Below are positions 23,838 to 32,295 of a stretch of 41,857 bases of DNA, one piece after another. The first letter of the stretch is position 1. Each line of letters opens with the position of its first letter. This DNA is from a virus (lineage: Duplodnaviria > Caudoviricetes). The position numbers and the translations under genes were made by a program. Location: the IMG/VR virus record IMGVR_UViG_3300009678_000032, positions 1 through 41,857 of that record; one strand, given 5' to 3'. Under the pieces are notes generated by a model that was not told the DNA's origin, ran no database searches, and saw only the letters and a list, made by a program, of their open reading frames with translations.

Positions 23838-24392
23838 TCAAGCCGGCACCCCTTGTGGCTCCACCCCATCGAAGGCACCAGGGTTAGTACGCCAGGTGTG
23901 GTAGCGGCAGTAGGGCGGCATCTTCTGCGAGGTGATCTCGCCGCAGAACAGCGTCAGCGTGCCGTTGTGGCCGGTCGGAAATCGGCACTGGTCGGCGCCG
24001 ATATTCCATAGCGTCCAGCTGCCATGCGGCGTGATCTCGAACGACATGCGGCCGTGGCTGCCGGGCTCGGGATCCTTGGGAGGGGGTGGTAGCGATCGTT
24101 GCATCCGTGGCCTCACGAGTTGTGGCGCGGACGACCCGCGCATGTGCGTCAACTTCTTCGCCGGCGACGGGTTTGCGATCGTCGCCCTCTTCTGATGGAG
24201 CGGCTGGAGCGGCCGCGGTGGTGTCGAGGCCTTGCGCATCACGATGCCGTTGCGGTGCGCGATCCCCATGATCGCGGAGCGCGTCATACCCGGGAAGAAC
24301 GCTGTAGCGATCTGGCCAGCCGACATGGTCGAGGCGTGCTCGCGGATGATGGCAATCCGCTCGTCGCTCCAGAACGGCTTGGGCGCCATCAA
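23838..24392 (-). CDS. gcrA: GcrA-family cell-cycle transcription regulator
   Basis: WSDERI...MSAGQIA...TRSAIMGIAHR N-domain; QCRFPTG...FCG...PYCRYH C-domain. Confidence 0.88.
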   Translation of the reverse strand: MMAPKPFWSDERIAIIREHASTMSAGQIATAFFPGMTRSAIMGIAHRNGIVMRKASTPPRPLQPLHQKRATIANPSPAKKLTHMRGSSAPQLVRPRMQRSLPPPPKDPEPGSHGRMSFEITPHGSWTLWNIGADQCRFPTGHNGTLTLFCGEITSQKMPPYCRYHTWRTNPGAFDGVEPQGVPA

Positions 24393-24640
24393 TTCATCCC
24401 GGCGCGTTTATGGTCAGGCCACATCCCCCACAGCGACGGCGGCGCGGTGCAGCCCTTGGCGAGGAGCCGCATCATCATCGCGTGATACAGCCGCGACGGA
24501 ATGTGCGGCATGTAGTTCACCCAGTTGTGCGGCGCCTGGTAGGCTACGCCGTAGGTCTTGGCGACCACGGAGTACCCACCCAGCGCGTCGATCACTTCGC
24601 CCTTGGTCTTGAGTTCGCGCCTTGGGGCCGGCATTTCCAT
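24389..24640 (-). CDS. Cro-like HTH regulator
   Basis: VIDALGGYSVVAKTYGVAYQAPHNW...IPSR; first gene of the leftward operon at the divergence point. Confidence 0.75.
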   Translation of the reverse strand: MEMPAPRRELKTKGEVIDALGGYSVVAKTYGVAYQAPHNWVNYMPHIPSRLYHAMMMRLLAKGCTAPPSLWGMWPDHKRAGMN

Positions 24641-24646
24641 CTCCCA

Positions 24647-24699
24647 TTGACTTAATCCACGTTACATGGGTAAATATCCGTAATTCATGGATTTTTCAA
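24647..24699. promoter_or_regulatory. overlapping divergent promoters (regulatory switch region)
   Basis: AT-rich; + strand TTGACT..TAAATA, minus strand TTGAAA-N17-TATTTA; both spacers contain AATCCAYG; CACG-TTA-CATG at 24658-24668. Confidence 0.6.
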
Positions 24700-24708
24700 G
24701 GGGTCACC

Positions 24709-25641
24709 ATGTTCGACGTCGTTGCACTCCACCCGCGCTACCAGACCAAGGACTATCAATGGTGGCGCTACGCGCTGATGCGGGATCGCCGCGCGATCCA
24801 CGACAGCGACCCACAGTGCGGCCTCTACCGCTGGCGCGACAAGCCCACCGAGATCTGGATCGATCCTGATCTGCGCGAGATGTGCTGCGTCGCCGGCGGC
24901 GAGCTCGTCGACATGGATCGTTGCCGGCAGGAGTGGATCTCGATCTCGCGAGATCCCGTCACGCCTCAGGCGTTCCGGCAGGCGGTTCAGACTGGGCAAT
25001 GGCCCGGCGGCAACATGCTCGCCGATCGGGTCATTAAAGAGATCGCCCAGGCCGGCCATAATAACCCGACGCCGGAGGGCCCGGAGCAGCTCAAGGTCTG
25101 GCTCGACGAGCTCGAGCGCGACGCCCGGCGCCTGATCGAGGCCGGCCCGGCCAAGAGCCAGGCCGAGGCCGACGAGGCCGCCAAGCTCGCCGACGGCATC
25201 GACAAGGTCGAGAAGGAGGCGGTCAAATTCCACGCCGACCTCAAGGCGCCGCACCTCGCCGCCGGTAAGGCGCTCGACCGGACCTGGTTCCCGATCCGCG
25301 ACCGCGCGAGCGATCTCAAGCGCAGCCTCAAGGCGGTGCGGATCACGCCGTTCCTGGTGGCTGACAAGATCACCCGCGAGGCCGCCACGGCCAGCCTGGT
25401 CGCCCAGGGCGCAGACCCCTTGCATATTACCGACAAAGCGCCCAAGGCTGTCGGCAACACGCGCACGACAGCCCTACGCAGCGTAAAACGGGCTGTGGTC
25501 GACGACTACACGGTCCTAGCGACCCACCTGCTCGAGCATCCCGACGTCAAGGATGCAGTCCTGAGGGTGGCTAATGCATCCGCCCGCGCCGGCGTGACGC
25601 TGCCGGGCATGACCATCGCGACCGACCAGGTCGCTGTTTGA
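24709..25641 (+). CDS. recombination-module hypothetical protein (helical, 310 aa)
   Basis: AAGGGG RBS; WWRYAL...IHDSDPQCGLYR; KAPHLAAGKALDRTW; upstream of the RecT-like gene. Confidence 0.75.
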   Translation: MFDVVALHPRYQTKDYQWWRYALMRDRRAIHDSDPQCGLYRWRDKPTEIWIDPDLREMCCVAGGELVDMDRCRQEWISISRDPVTPQAFRQAVQTGQWPGGNMLADRVIKEIAQAGHNNPTPEGPEQLKVWLDELERDARRLIEAGPAKSQAEADEAAKLADGIDKVEKEAVKFHADLKAPHLAAGKALDRTWFPIRDRASDLKRSLKAVRITPFLVADKITREAATASLVAQGADPLHITDKAPKAVGNTRTTALRSVKRAVVDDYTVLATHLLEHPDVKDAVLRVANASARAGVTLPGMTIATDQVAV

Positions 25642-25653
25642 GGAGGCCGCACC

Positions 25654-26373
25654 ATGAGCATCAGCGGAGACGAGCAGGGCGCCCAAGAGGCCCACAATCA
25701 CGCAGAGGAGGCCGTGGGTGAGCCGGGGCCAGCTCAGGCGCAATCCCTCATCCCACGCACGATCAGCGCCGGGGTGAGCTCCGGCGGCCCGGTGGTGGCC
25801 ATCCGGCCAACGACCCTCGAGGAGACCTGGCGGCTGGCTACCGCGGTGGTGCGGGCTGGCCTGGCACCCTACGGCATGGGGAGCGTCGAGGCCTGCGTGG
25901 TGGCGATGGTCCACGGCTCCGAGGTGGGCCTGCCGGCGATGGCGAGCCTGCAGTCGATCGCCGTCATCAACAACAAGCCGAGCCTCTATGGCGACGGCGC
26001 CCTGGGCGTGATCCGCGCCTCCAACCGGCTCGAGTACATCCGGGAGAGCTACCGCGACAAGGACGAGACCGCGGTCTGCGTCATCAAGCGCCGGGGCGAG
26101 CCCGCCATCACCCGGCGGTTCTCCCGGGCCGACGCCGAGCTCGCCAAGCTGTGGGGCAAGCGCACCAACAAGGGCGACCCCACGCCTTGGGTGACCTATC
26201 CCAAGCGGATGCTGGCCATGCGGGCCCGCGCCTTCGCCATGCGGGACGCCTTCGCCGACGTCCTCAAGGGCATGGCGATCGCCGAGGAGATGATGGACGT
26301 CGAGCCGCGGACGAACGGCGCCGGCGCCAAGGTGGTCTCGCCGGCGATGGTGGAGGAGGACGCGACCGCCTGA
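25654..26373 (+). CDS. recT: RecT/Redbeta-like single-strand annealing protein
   Basis: GSEVGLPAMASLQSIAVINNKPSLYGD, AKLWGK..PWVTYPKRMLAMRARAFAMRDAFADVLKG. Confidence 0.8.
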   Translation: MSISGDEQGAQEAHNHAEEAVGEPGPAQAQSLIPRTISAGVSSGGPVVAIRPTTLEETWRLATAVVRAGLAPYGMGSVEACVVAMVHGSEVGLPAMASLQSIAVINNKPSLYGDGALGVIRASNRLEYIRESYRDKDETAVCVIKRRGEPAITRRFSRADAELAKLWGKRTNKGDPTPWVTYPKRMLAMRARAFAMRDAFADVLKGMAIAEEMMDVEPRTNGAGAKVVSPAMVEEDATA

Positions 26374-26424
26374 GTGGGTGGCCGCCCGATGAAGGAAATT
26401 GTTTTTTTGAACATGGAGGCCACA

Positions 26425-26718
26425 ATGCTTGATACCCCATTCACCCCGCCGCCCGTTCCAGAGCGAGATCGCGAGCTCTCCCCCTCGGAGAAGGCCCAAA
26501 TAACCCTCGATACGCTCGAGCTGGCTCTCGGACAGGCCATCAGAGACCGCAAGCGCGTGATAGAGCTCGAGCAGCTCGTGCTGAGCCTTAAGCCCATCGC
26601 CAATCAGCGCCTCACCTGGATCCGGTCTCCCCGCGTGAAGAGCCGGGTCAGCCGCTACCGGTCCGAGCTGAACTCCTGGGAGGGCCTCCTCGGCAAGATC
26701 TCCAAGGCTGGCCTCTGA
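26425..26718 (+). CDS. hypothetical protein
   Basis: GGAGG RBS before ATG 26425; TGATG coupling. Confidence 0.65.
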   Translation: MLDTPFTPPPVPERDRELSPSEKAQITLDTLELALGQAIRDRKRVIELEQLVLSLKPIANQRLTWIRSPRVKSRVSRYRSELNSWEGLLGKISKAGL

Positions 26719-27257
26719 TGCGATTTCGGGCCCGGTTTGTGTATGACGAGGGCGAGGGTATCCGTCACCTCGAGCTCAACCGCCAGGACACGCTCAAGCT
26801 CGAGCTGCTCGGCGCCAAGAACAACCAGTTCCTGCTGCTGACGTTCGATGAAGAGCGGTCAGCCATCTCGCACGCCCACTACTTTGCGGTGATCGGCAAC
26901 GCCTGGGCAAACCTGCCTGAGGATCTCGCGGCCGACTTTCCGACCGCGGAGCACCTACGCAAGTGGGCGCTGATCAAGGCTGGCTATATCGCCGGCACCC
27001 ACACCACCGTCTGCCGATCGGGCGCCGAGGCGCGACGCTGGGCGATGTTCTCCCGCCAGGTCGACAAGTACGCGATCGCGGTGGTGCAGGACCGCATCGT
27101 GACTGTGCATCAGGCCGCCAGCCAGTCGCTGGAGGCGATGGGTAAGGTCAAATTCCAGAAGTCCAAGGACGCGGTGTTTGGCGTCCTCTCACAGCTGCTC
27201 GGCGTCGACGTGACCGAGCTTGAACGCGCGGAGGTGACCGACGATGGCGGCAGCTAA
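26718..27257 (+). CDS. NinB/DUF1367-like recombination-associated protein
   Basis: ERSAISHAHYFA...FPTAEHLRKWALIKAGY...SQSLEAMGKVKFQKSK; lies between the RecT-like and HNH genes. Confidence 0.55.
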   Translation: MRFRARFVYDEGEGIRHLELNRQDTLKLELLGAKNNQFLLLTFDEERSAISHAHYFAVIGNAWANLPEDLAADFPTAEHLRKWALIKAGYIAGTHTTVCRSGAEARRWAMFSRQVDKYAIAVVQDRIVTVHQAASQSLEAMGKVKFQKSKDAVFGVLSQLLGVDVTELERAEVTDDGGS

Positions 27258-27498
27258 GCTCAGCATCCAGAGCCAGATCGCCGCGGCGGAATACGCCGGC
27301 GAATGTCTCAAAAAGTGGCACAGGCACGCAGTCAACGCGCGGCTGCAAAAACAAGACATCGCCGACCTCCAGGAGGCGCACTTCGCGTATGTGATCAGCA
27401 CGCTGCGGTGGTTCGAGCGCAACTCGGCCACGATCCGGGCGGCGCTCGAGCCGCTCGAGGCCAAGGCGGAGGAGCCCCATGAGCCGGACCCTGCCTGA
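27244..27498 (+). CDS. hypothetical protein
   Basis: GGAGG RBS; LSIQSQIAAAE...VISTLRWFERN. Confidence 0.7.
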   Translation: MAAAKLSIQSQIAAAEYAGECLKKWHRHAVNARLQKQDIADLQEAHFAYVISTLRWFERNSATIRAALEPLEAKAEEPHEPDPA

Positions 27499-27844
27499 AT
27501 GGATCGGTAAGACTGACGACACGCCGGTGCCCGATCGGGTGCGGCTGCGGGTGTTTGTCAAATACAACGGTCGCTGCCCGGCATGCTCCCGCGCGCTCCG
27601 CACTGGCCACTGGCAGCTCGACCACATCCAGCCCTTGATCAACGGCGGCGAGAACCGCGAGCGCAATCTGCAACCACTGTGTGAGGAACCATGCCACAGC
27701 GCAAAGACCGGAAAGGACGTCGCCGAGAAGGCTCGGACGTACTCCGTATTCAGCCGGCACGTCGGAGCAAGGCGCAAGCAGCGTTCGATCACCGGGTGGA
27801 GAAAATTCAACGGCGACTTGATACGCGCTCCCCGAGAGAGATAG
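27479..27844 (+). CDS. HNH endonuclease
   Basis: CPAC...LDHIQPLINGGENRERNLQPLCEEPCH. Confidence 0.9.
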   Translation: MSRTLPEWIGKTDDTPVPDRVRLRVFVKYNGRCPACSRALRTGHWQLDHIQPLINGGENRERNLQPLCEEPCHSAKTGKDVAEKARTYSVFSRHVGARRKQRSITGWRKFNGDLIRAPRER

Positions 27845-27910
27845 CCACCAGGATCGTGTTGATGGAGGACGTGATCACCTCGATGCGTGAGCTGCTGGAG
27901 GAATTAATCC

Positions 27911-28300
27911 ATGCGCAATACCCTCTCTGAGAAGATGGAGTACGGCCGCATTACGGACGGTCGCTACGGCACCAACAAGTCGTTCGGCCCGATCGGCGCG
28001 TTCGAGGTGTTCTGCAACGAGACCGCGTCGCTGCTGGTGATCATGGCGAGCGACGGCATCGACGATGCCGCCATATCACAGGGCTGGGAACACGTCAGCG
28101 TCTCGCTGGCGCGGCGCATCCCGAATTGGCGGGAGATGTGCTGGGTCAAGGGCGAGTTCTGGCACGACGACGAGCAGGTGATGCAATTCCACCCGGCCAA
28201 GGACCAGTACGTCAACCACCACCCGCACTGCCTGCACCTGTGGCGACACCCGCGGCAGATGATCCTGTATCCACCCAAGCGGCTGGTCGGGCCAGGTTAG
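27911..28300 (+). CDS. conserved phage protein with a His-rich putative catalytic motif
   Basis: WEHVSVS..RIPNWREMCWVK..FW..VMQFHP..YVNHHPHCLHLWR. Confidence 0.75.
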   Translation: MRNTLSEKMEYGRITDGRYGTNKSFGPIGAFEVFCNETASLLVIMASDGIDDAAISQGWEHVSVSLARRIPNWREMCWVKGEFWHDDEQVMQFHPAKDQYVNHHPHCLHLWRHPRQMILYPPKRLVGPG

Positions 28301-28578
28301 CGTTCGAGCGGCAGCGGGATCGACCTCCACGCATCGCTGCGGCGTTCTCGCACTGGCACGTCGACGCACTTCAGCAGCAGATCGCGGACGTCCTTCTTGT
28401 CGTCGTACAGCAGCTTGATCTCACGCTCGCGCTGCGCGGCCACCGACATCAGGATGTAGAAGAACACGACCAGCAGCGCCAGGTTCATCACCACCAGCGC
28501 GAGGCTCAGCGGCTCGCGCTTGAGGCTGTCCATGAAATTCGTGGTGACCTGAACGGCGCCGTCGCTGATGCCCATCAC
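28297..28578 (-). CDS. holin-like membrane protein
   Basis: One TM (PLSLALVVMNLALLVVFFYILM) with charged tail; coupled to the endolysin. Confidence 0.55.
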   Translation of the reverse strand: MMGISDGAVQVTTNFMDSLKREPLSLALVVMNLALLVVFFYILMSVAAQREREIKLLYDDKKDVRDLLLKCVDVPVRERRSDAWRSIPLPLER

Positions 28579-29954
28579 ACCACCTTGACGGCGCCGACCC
28601 GGATCAACAGATCGTCGATCGCCGCCGAGATCTCTTCCATGCAGATCTCCTTCGCGGCCGCGACGTCGGTCGACGGCGGCGCCGGCTCGGCACCGTGCCG
28701 GATGAAGGCCTCGACCTGGTCGAGCAGCTCCTCAGCCTCTGGCCGCATCTCGACCTCGTAGCGCTTGATCGGGCCCCAGTGATTGTACAGGCAGCGCAAC
28801 CCGACGCCGCACATCTCGACCGCGAACGCCGGATTGCTCTTGGCGAGCTCCTGGTAGTCGTAGCCATCGCCCGATCCGAGACTGTCGGTGTCCTTCAGCG
28901 TGATGCCGCGCTTGAACACCTGGACATAGCCAGGGCCGCGGCCGCCGTCGCGGTAGGCCTCGAGCAGCCACTCCATCTCGTCGTCGGCACCACTGCTGTT
29001 CCAGCTCTGCTGGAACATCCCAGCCTCGGTCTCGATGCTGGGATCGTCCATGTCGCTGATGGGGACAGTCGTGTCGCGGCCTTCGGTGTAGTTGCCCTTG
29101 CTCTCGCGCATCGCCAGCCCGTACATGAACGTGAACAGCTTGCGCAGCACGTTCTCGCGGCCGGTTGCCTGGATGCCGTAATAGGACAGGGCGTCCTTCT
29201 CGTGCGAGCCGATCGGCTCCGACATCGCCATCGCGACGCTCTCGGTGTCGGTGTCGAGCCGCTTGAGCATCTGAGCGAACATCACGGCGAGGCCCTCGGT
29301 CATGCCGATCGGCGCCTGACCGCGATCCTTCCAGTCGTAGTCCGCGATCGCCGAATTTTGCGCCATCGTCATGATGGCGACCACCTGATCGATCGTCAGC
29401 GCGTCGTCCGATGTTGCCGGCGGCGGGACGGCCTCCTCCCCGGCGATCGCGCCGGCGATGGCGTTGCAGATCTCCAGGAACTTGGCGTGATAGATGTCGA
29501 CGTCGGCCTTGCTGTCGACAAAACAGGTCTCGATCAGGATCGCCGGCTCATCGGTGCCATTGAGGAAGGCGAGGTCGGTGCGCTCCTTCGGCCCGCGATT
29601 GACCAGGCCGGACACACCGCAGATCGCGTCAACCACCAGGTTGGCCCAGTCATGGCCGGTCGACGACACGTACAGCACCTCCGAGCCCATCGGCTTGGTG
29701 GTGGTGTTGTAGGCGTTGAAGTGGACGCTGATGTCGAGATCTCGCGTCTTGGAATTATGGAAGTCTACGATCCGATCGAGGTTCTCGCCCTGCGACTGGC
29801 TGACATCGTCGTGGAACGTGGTGACGCCGACGCCGGACGCGCGCAGCTGCAGCGCCACCTGCTCAACCACCAAACGGGCCTCATCGACCTCGTCGATATA
29901 GCCCGACGCGCCGCGCACATGCTTGCCGTGCCCCGAGCTGATGACAACCTTCAT
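28575..29954 (-). CDS. endolysin: N-acetylmuramoyl-L-alanine amidase (Amidase_3) plus C-terminal lysozyme-like domain
   Basis: ISSGHG, E, ISVHFNA, AILIETCFVDS; C-terminal AMRESKG...EAGMFQQSWN. Confidence 0.88.
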   Translation of the reverse strand: MKVVISSGHGKHVRGASGYIDEVDEARLVVEQVALQLRASGVGVTTFHDDVSQSQGENLDRIVDFHNSKTRDLDISVHFNAYNTTTKPMGSEVLYVSSTGHDWANLVVDAICGVSGLVNRGPKERTDLAFLNGTDEPAILIETCFVDSKADVDIYHAKFLEICNAIAGAIAGEEAVPPPATSDDALTIDQVVAIMTMAQNSAIADYDWKDRGQAPIGMTEGLAVMFAQMLKRLDTDTESVAMAMSEPIGSHEKDALSYYGIQATGRENVLRKLFTFMYGLAMRESKGNYTEGRDTTVPISDMDDPSIETEAGMFQQSWNSSGADDEMEWLLEAYRDGGRGPGYVQVFKRGITLKDTDSLGSGDGYDYQELAKSNPAFAVEMCGVGLRCLYNHWGPIKRYEVEMRPEAEELLDQVEAFIRHGAEPAPPSTDVAAAKEICMEEISAAIDDLLIRVGAVKVV

Positions 29955-30145
29955 GCGACTGGCTCCACGATTTTGCGGTTGATCCGATGGGCCAGGTTGT
30001 CGAGCTGCTCCTGGACGGTGATCATGTTGCCGCCGGCAAAGTAGATCGTGACGTAGGACGGATCCTCATGCGAGCCACCAATGTGGCAGACATGCTGGAC
30101 CGCGATCCACCGCACCTTGCCGTCCTTCATGGTCACCTTGATCAT
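29951..30145 (-). CDS. small FlbD-like protein (64 aa)
   Basis: MIKVTMKDGKVRWI...VTIYFAGGNMITVQEQLDNL fits the FlbD family pattern. Confidence 0.5.
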   Translation of the reverse strand: MIKVTMKDGKVRWIAVQHVCHIGGSHEDPSYVTIYFAGGNMITVQEQLDNLAHRINRKIVEPVA

Positions 30146-30166
30146 GACCCATCTCGAGATCCAAGG

Positions 30167-30682
30167 TCACTTTCGATCGTCGTCGGGATAGTATCCTGTG
30201 CGGTAGTCCTCCGGCGCCGGCCAGCGGTACGCCATCACGTTCGCCAGCGGCACCGCCACAATCGCGATCGCGCCGGCGTCATTGGTGCTGACCATGTAGA
30301 GCTGGTTGTCGGTGCTCTCATAGCACAGCCCGACCTGGTTCTCGGTGCAGGCGACGGCGCCGAGCTCATAGCTCTTGACGTCAAAACCCCAACGCCGCCA
30401 CGCCTCCGGGTCGAGGAATTTGTCCTTAGGCGGCCGCACATGCGCCCTGGTGAACGCCCAGGCGACGGCCAGCGCCGACCAGGGCTGACCGGTGTGCTTG
30501 TAACTCTCGCAATATGGCGCCATGTCCCGCCACACCTCACCGATGAACATGATGGCGTCGGCCGGCTCGACCTGACCCGCGTACATGCCGGTGATCATCT
30601 CACGGATCCACAGCGGGCCGATGCCGACGTTACGCTGCCAGCTCTCGTCGATCTCGTGGTTGTCCTCGATCGGCTGCTGCAT
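30167..30682 (-). CDS. TIGR02594/CHAP-like protein, catalytically degenerate
   Basis: PWSALAVAWAF..., WRRWG, LGAVA, NQVG, VMAYRWP follow the family pattern but lack the Cys and His. Confidence 0.6.
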   Translation of the reverse strand: MQQPIEDNHEIDESWQRNVGIGPLWIREMITGMYAGQVEPADAIMFIGEVWRDMAPYCESYKHTGQPWSALAVAWAFTRAHVRPPKDKFLDPEAWRRWGFDVKSYELGAVACTENQVGLCYESTDNQLYMVSTNDAGAIAIVAVPLANVMAYRWPAPEDYRTGYYPDDDRK

Positions 30683-30691
30683 GACGCACTC

Positions 30692-31177
30692 CTACGTGAT
30701 CACCATTGATGATGGCACCGTATCCCAAATCGCGTCGGCGCGATCCTGCGTCAAGAGACCGTCGTCGATGAAGTGCTGCTTGGCCGCGAGCGCGCCCTGC
30801 GATCGCACATCGATCGAGCCGCGCGCCAGCATGAAGTCCCACATCCGACGGATCATCACGTCGGTCGAGGCATTGACCGCGGCATACTCGCTAGAGGTGA
30901 ACCGCAAAATCCACGGCTCGGCGTCGAACTTGGACTGCACCGGCAACTCGATGTCGTCGATCCACTTGACCAGCCGGCAGAGACTGTCGACGCCGGTGAC
31001 CGGATCGACGCTGTGATAGTCGAGCCCGACCGCAGGATTGAACACGATGTCGCCGTTCGGCAGCGTCATCTGCGTCGGCTGCGGCTCCGGCGGATAGCTT
31101 GGCCCCCACTGCGCAACGATCGTGCTGGCGGTGAGATTGATCAGCTGCCAGCCGACGTGGGTGTTGATCGTGGTCAT
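30692..31177 (-). CDS. tail fibre assembly/chaperone-like protein
   Basis: WILRFTSSEYAAV...DGLLTQDRADAI; follows the fibre genes. Confidence 0.55.
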   Translation of the reverse strand: MTTINTHVGWQLINLTASTIVAQWGPSYPPEPQPTQMTLPNGDIVFNPAVGLDYHSVDPVTGVDSLCRLVKWIDDIELPVQSKFDAEPWILRFTSSEYAAVNASTDVMIRRMWDFMLARGSIDVRSQGALAAKQHFIDDGLLTQDRADAIWDTVPSSMVIT

Positions 31178-31179
31178 GG

Positions 31180-32295
31180 TCAGAGCCCCATCATCGCGAG
31201 ATTTGGGAAGGTCGTGACGCCGCCGCCACCGCCCCCTGTATAGCTCAGGATCAGCACGCCGGCTGAGCCGGCGCCGCCGACGGGGCCGAGACCGCTGGGG
31301 CCGCCGCCGCCACCGCCACTACCGCGATTGGCCGGACTGGCGGGGAGGCCGACGTTACTAGATGTCCCGCCGTTGCCACCGACCCCGGAGCCACCGACGC
31401 CGCTAATGGCGGGGCCACCACCGCCGGAATAAAACAACGCCGAGCCGCTGATCGAGCTGGAGATACCGCTGCCGCCGGTGCCCAGGGCCGCGCCGCCAGT
31501 CCCCACCGATCCGGCGCCGCCGCCACCGCAGGAGAAGGTCTGAAAATCAGCCGTGCTGGCGCCGGCGAAGCCCTGGCCGGCAGTTCCGACGCCACCCGCT
31601 CGCGGAAGGCCTGACGCATTGACTGCAGCGCCACCCCCAGAGCCGTGGGTGCCATTGCCGCCGTTCCCTGTCTCGGTCGTAGTGCTGGAGCCGCCACCAC
31701 CACCCTTGAGCGCAGTGATCGAGTTCCAGACGCTGTTGACGCCGTCAGCGCCCCTGCTGGTCCCGCCGCCGCCGGCGCCACCGGTGCCGATCGTGACGGG
31801 ATAATTAGTACCCGGGGTGACTGCAGCGGTAGCCGTCAACAAGCCGCCGGCGCCGCCCCCTCCACCACCATTGGTTGACCCGCGCCCGCCACCTGCGCCA
31901 CCCGCGACCAGCAGGTAGTCGACCGAGGTAGTACCGACAGGACACTTGGTGCCGCCGGCCGACCAATCCGCGGCCGCGTTGTTGGTGGTGGTGTTGTAGG
32001 TCGTGACGGTCGCGATGTAGTAGGAGAGCTCATCCTCGTGCCAGGGATGCGGCAACACGAACTCGCGATCGCGATACCGCGGCTCGACGCCGGTGAGCCG
32101 CAGGTAGACGCGCTGCGCCTCGATCAGTGTCGCGAACGGCCGGACCCACAGCTCCTCGCCACTCTCGCGCGACTTGATCACCACCTTCCAATGCACGGTG
32201 CTGCCGGTGCGCGGCGTCACCAATGGCGTCGTGATCAGCTCCGGCCCGTGAACGAGGCCGCGCGTCCTGATTTCTAGTCTGCGCTCGTACAGCAT
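31180..32295 (-). CDS. glycine-rich tail fibre/spike protein (371 aa)
   Basis: TGATG start at 32295; VDYLLVAGGAGGG...GGGGAGG, VTPGTNYPVTIGTGGAG, GGAGSAGVLILSY. Confidence 0.8.
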   Translation of the reverse strand: MLYERRLEIRTRGLVHGPELITTPLVTPRTGSTVHWKVVIKSRESGEELWVRPFATLIEAQRVYLRLTGVEPRYRDREFVLPHPWHEDELSYYIATVTTYNTTTNNAAADWSAGGTKCPVGTTSVDYLLVAGGAGGGRGSTNGGGGGGAGGLLTATAAVTPGTNYPVTIGTGGAGGGGTSRGADGVNSVWNSITALKGGGGGSSTTTETGNGGNGTHGSGGGAAVNASGLPRAGGVGTAGQGFAGASTADFQTFSCGGGGAGSVGTGGAALGTGGSGISSSISGSALFYSGGGGPAISGVGGSGVGGNGGTSSNVGLPASPANRGSGGGGGGPSGLGPVGGAGSAGVLILSYTGGGGGGVTTFPNLAMMGL

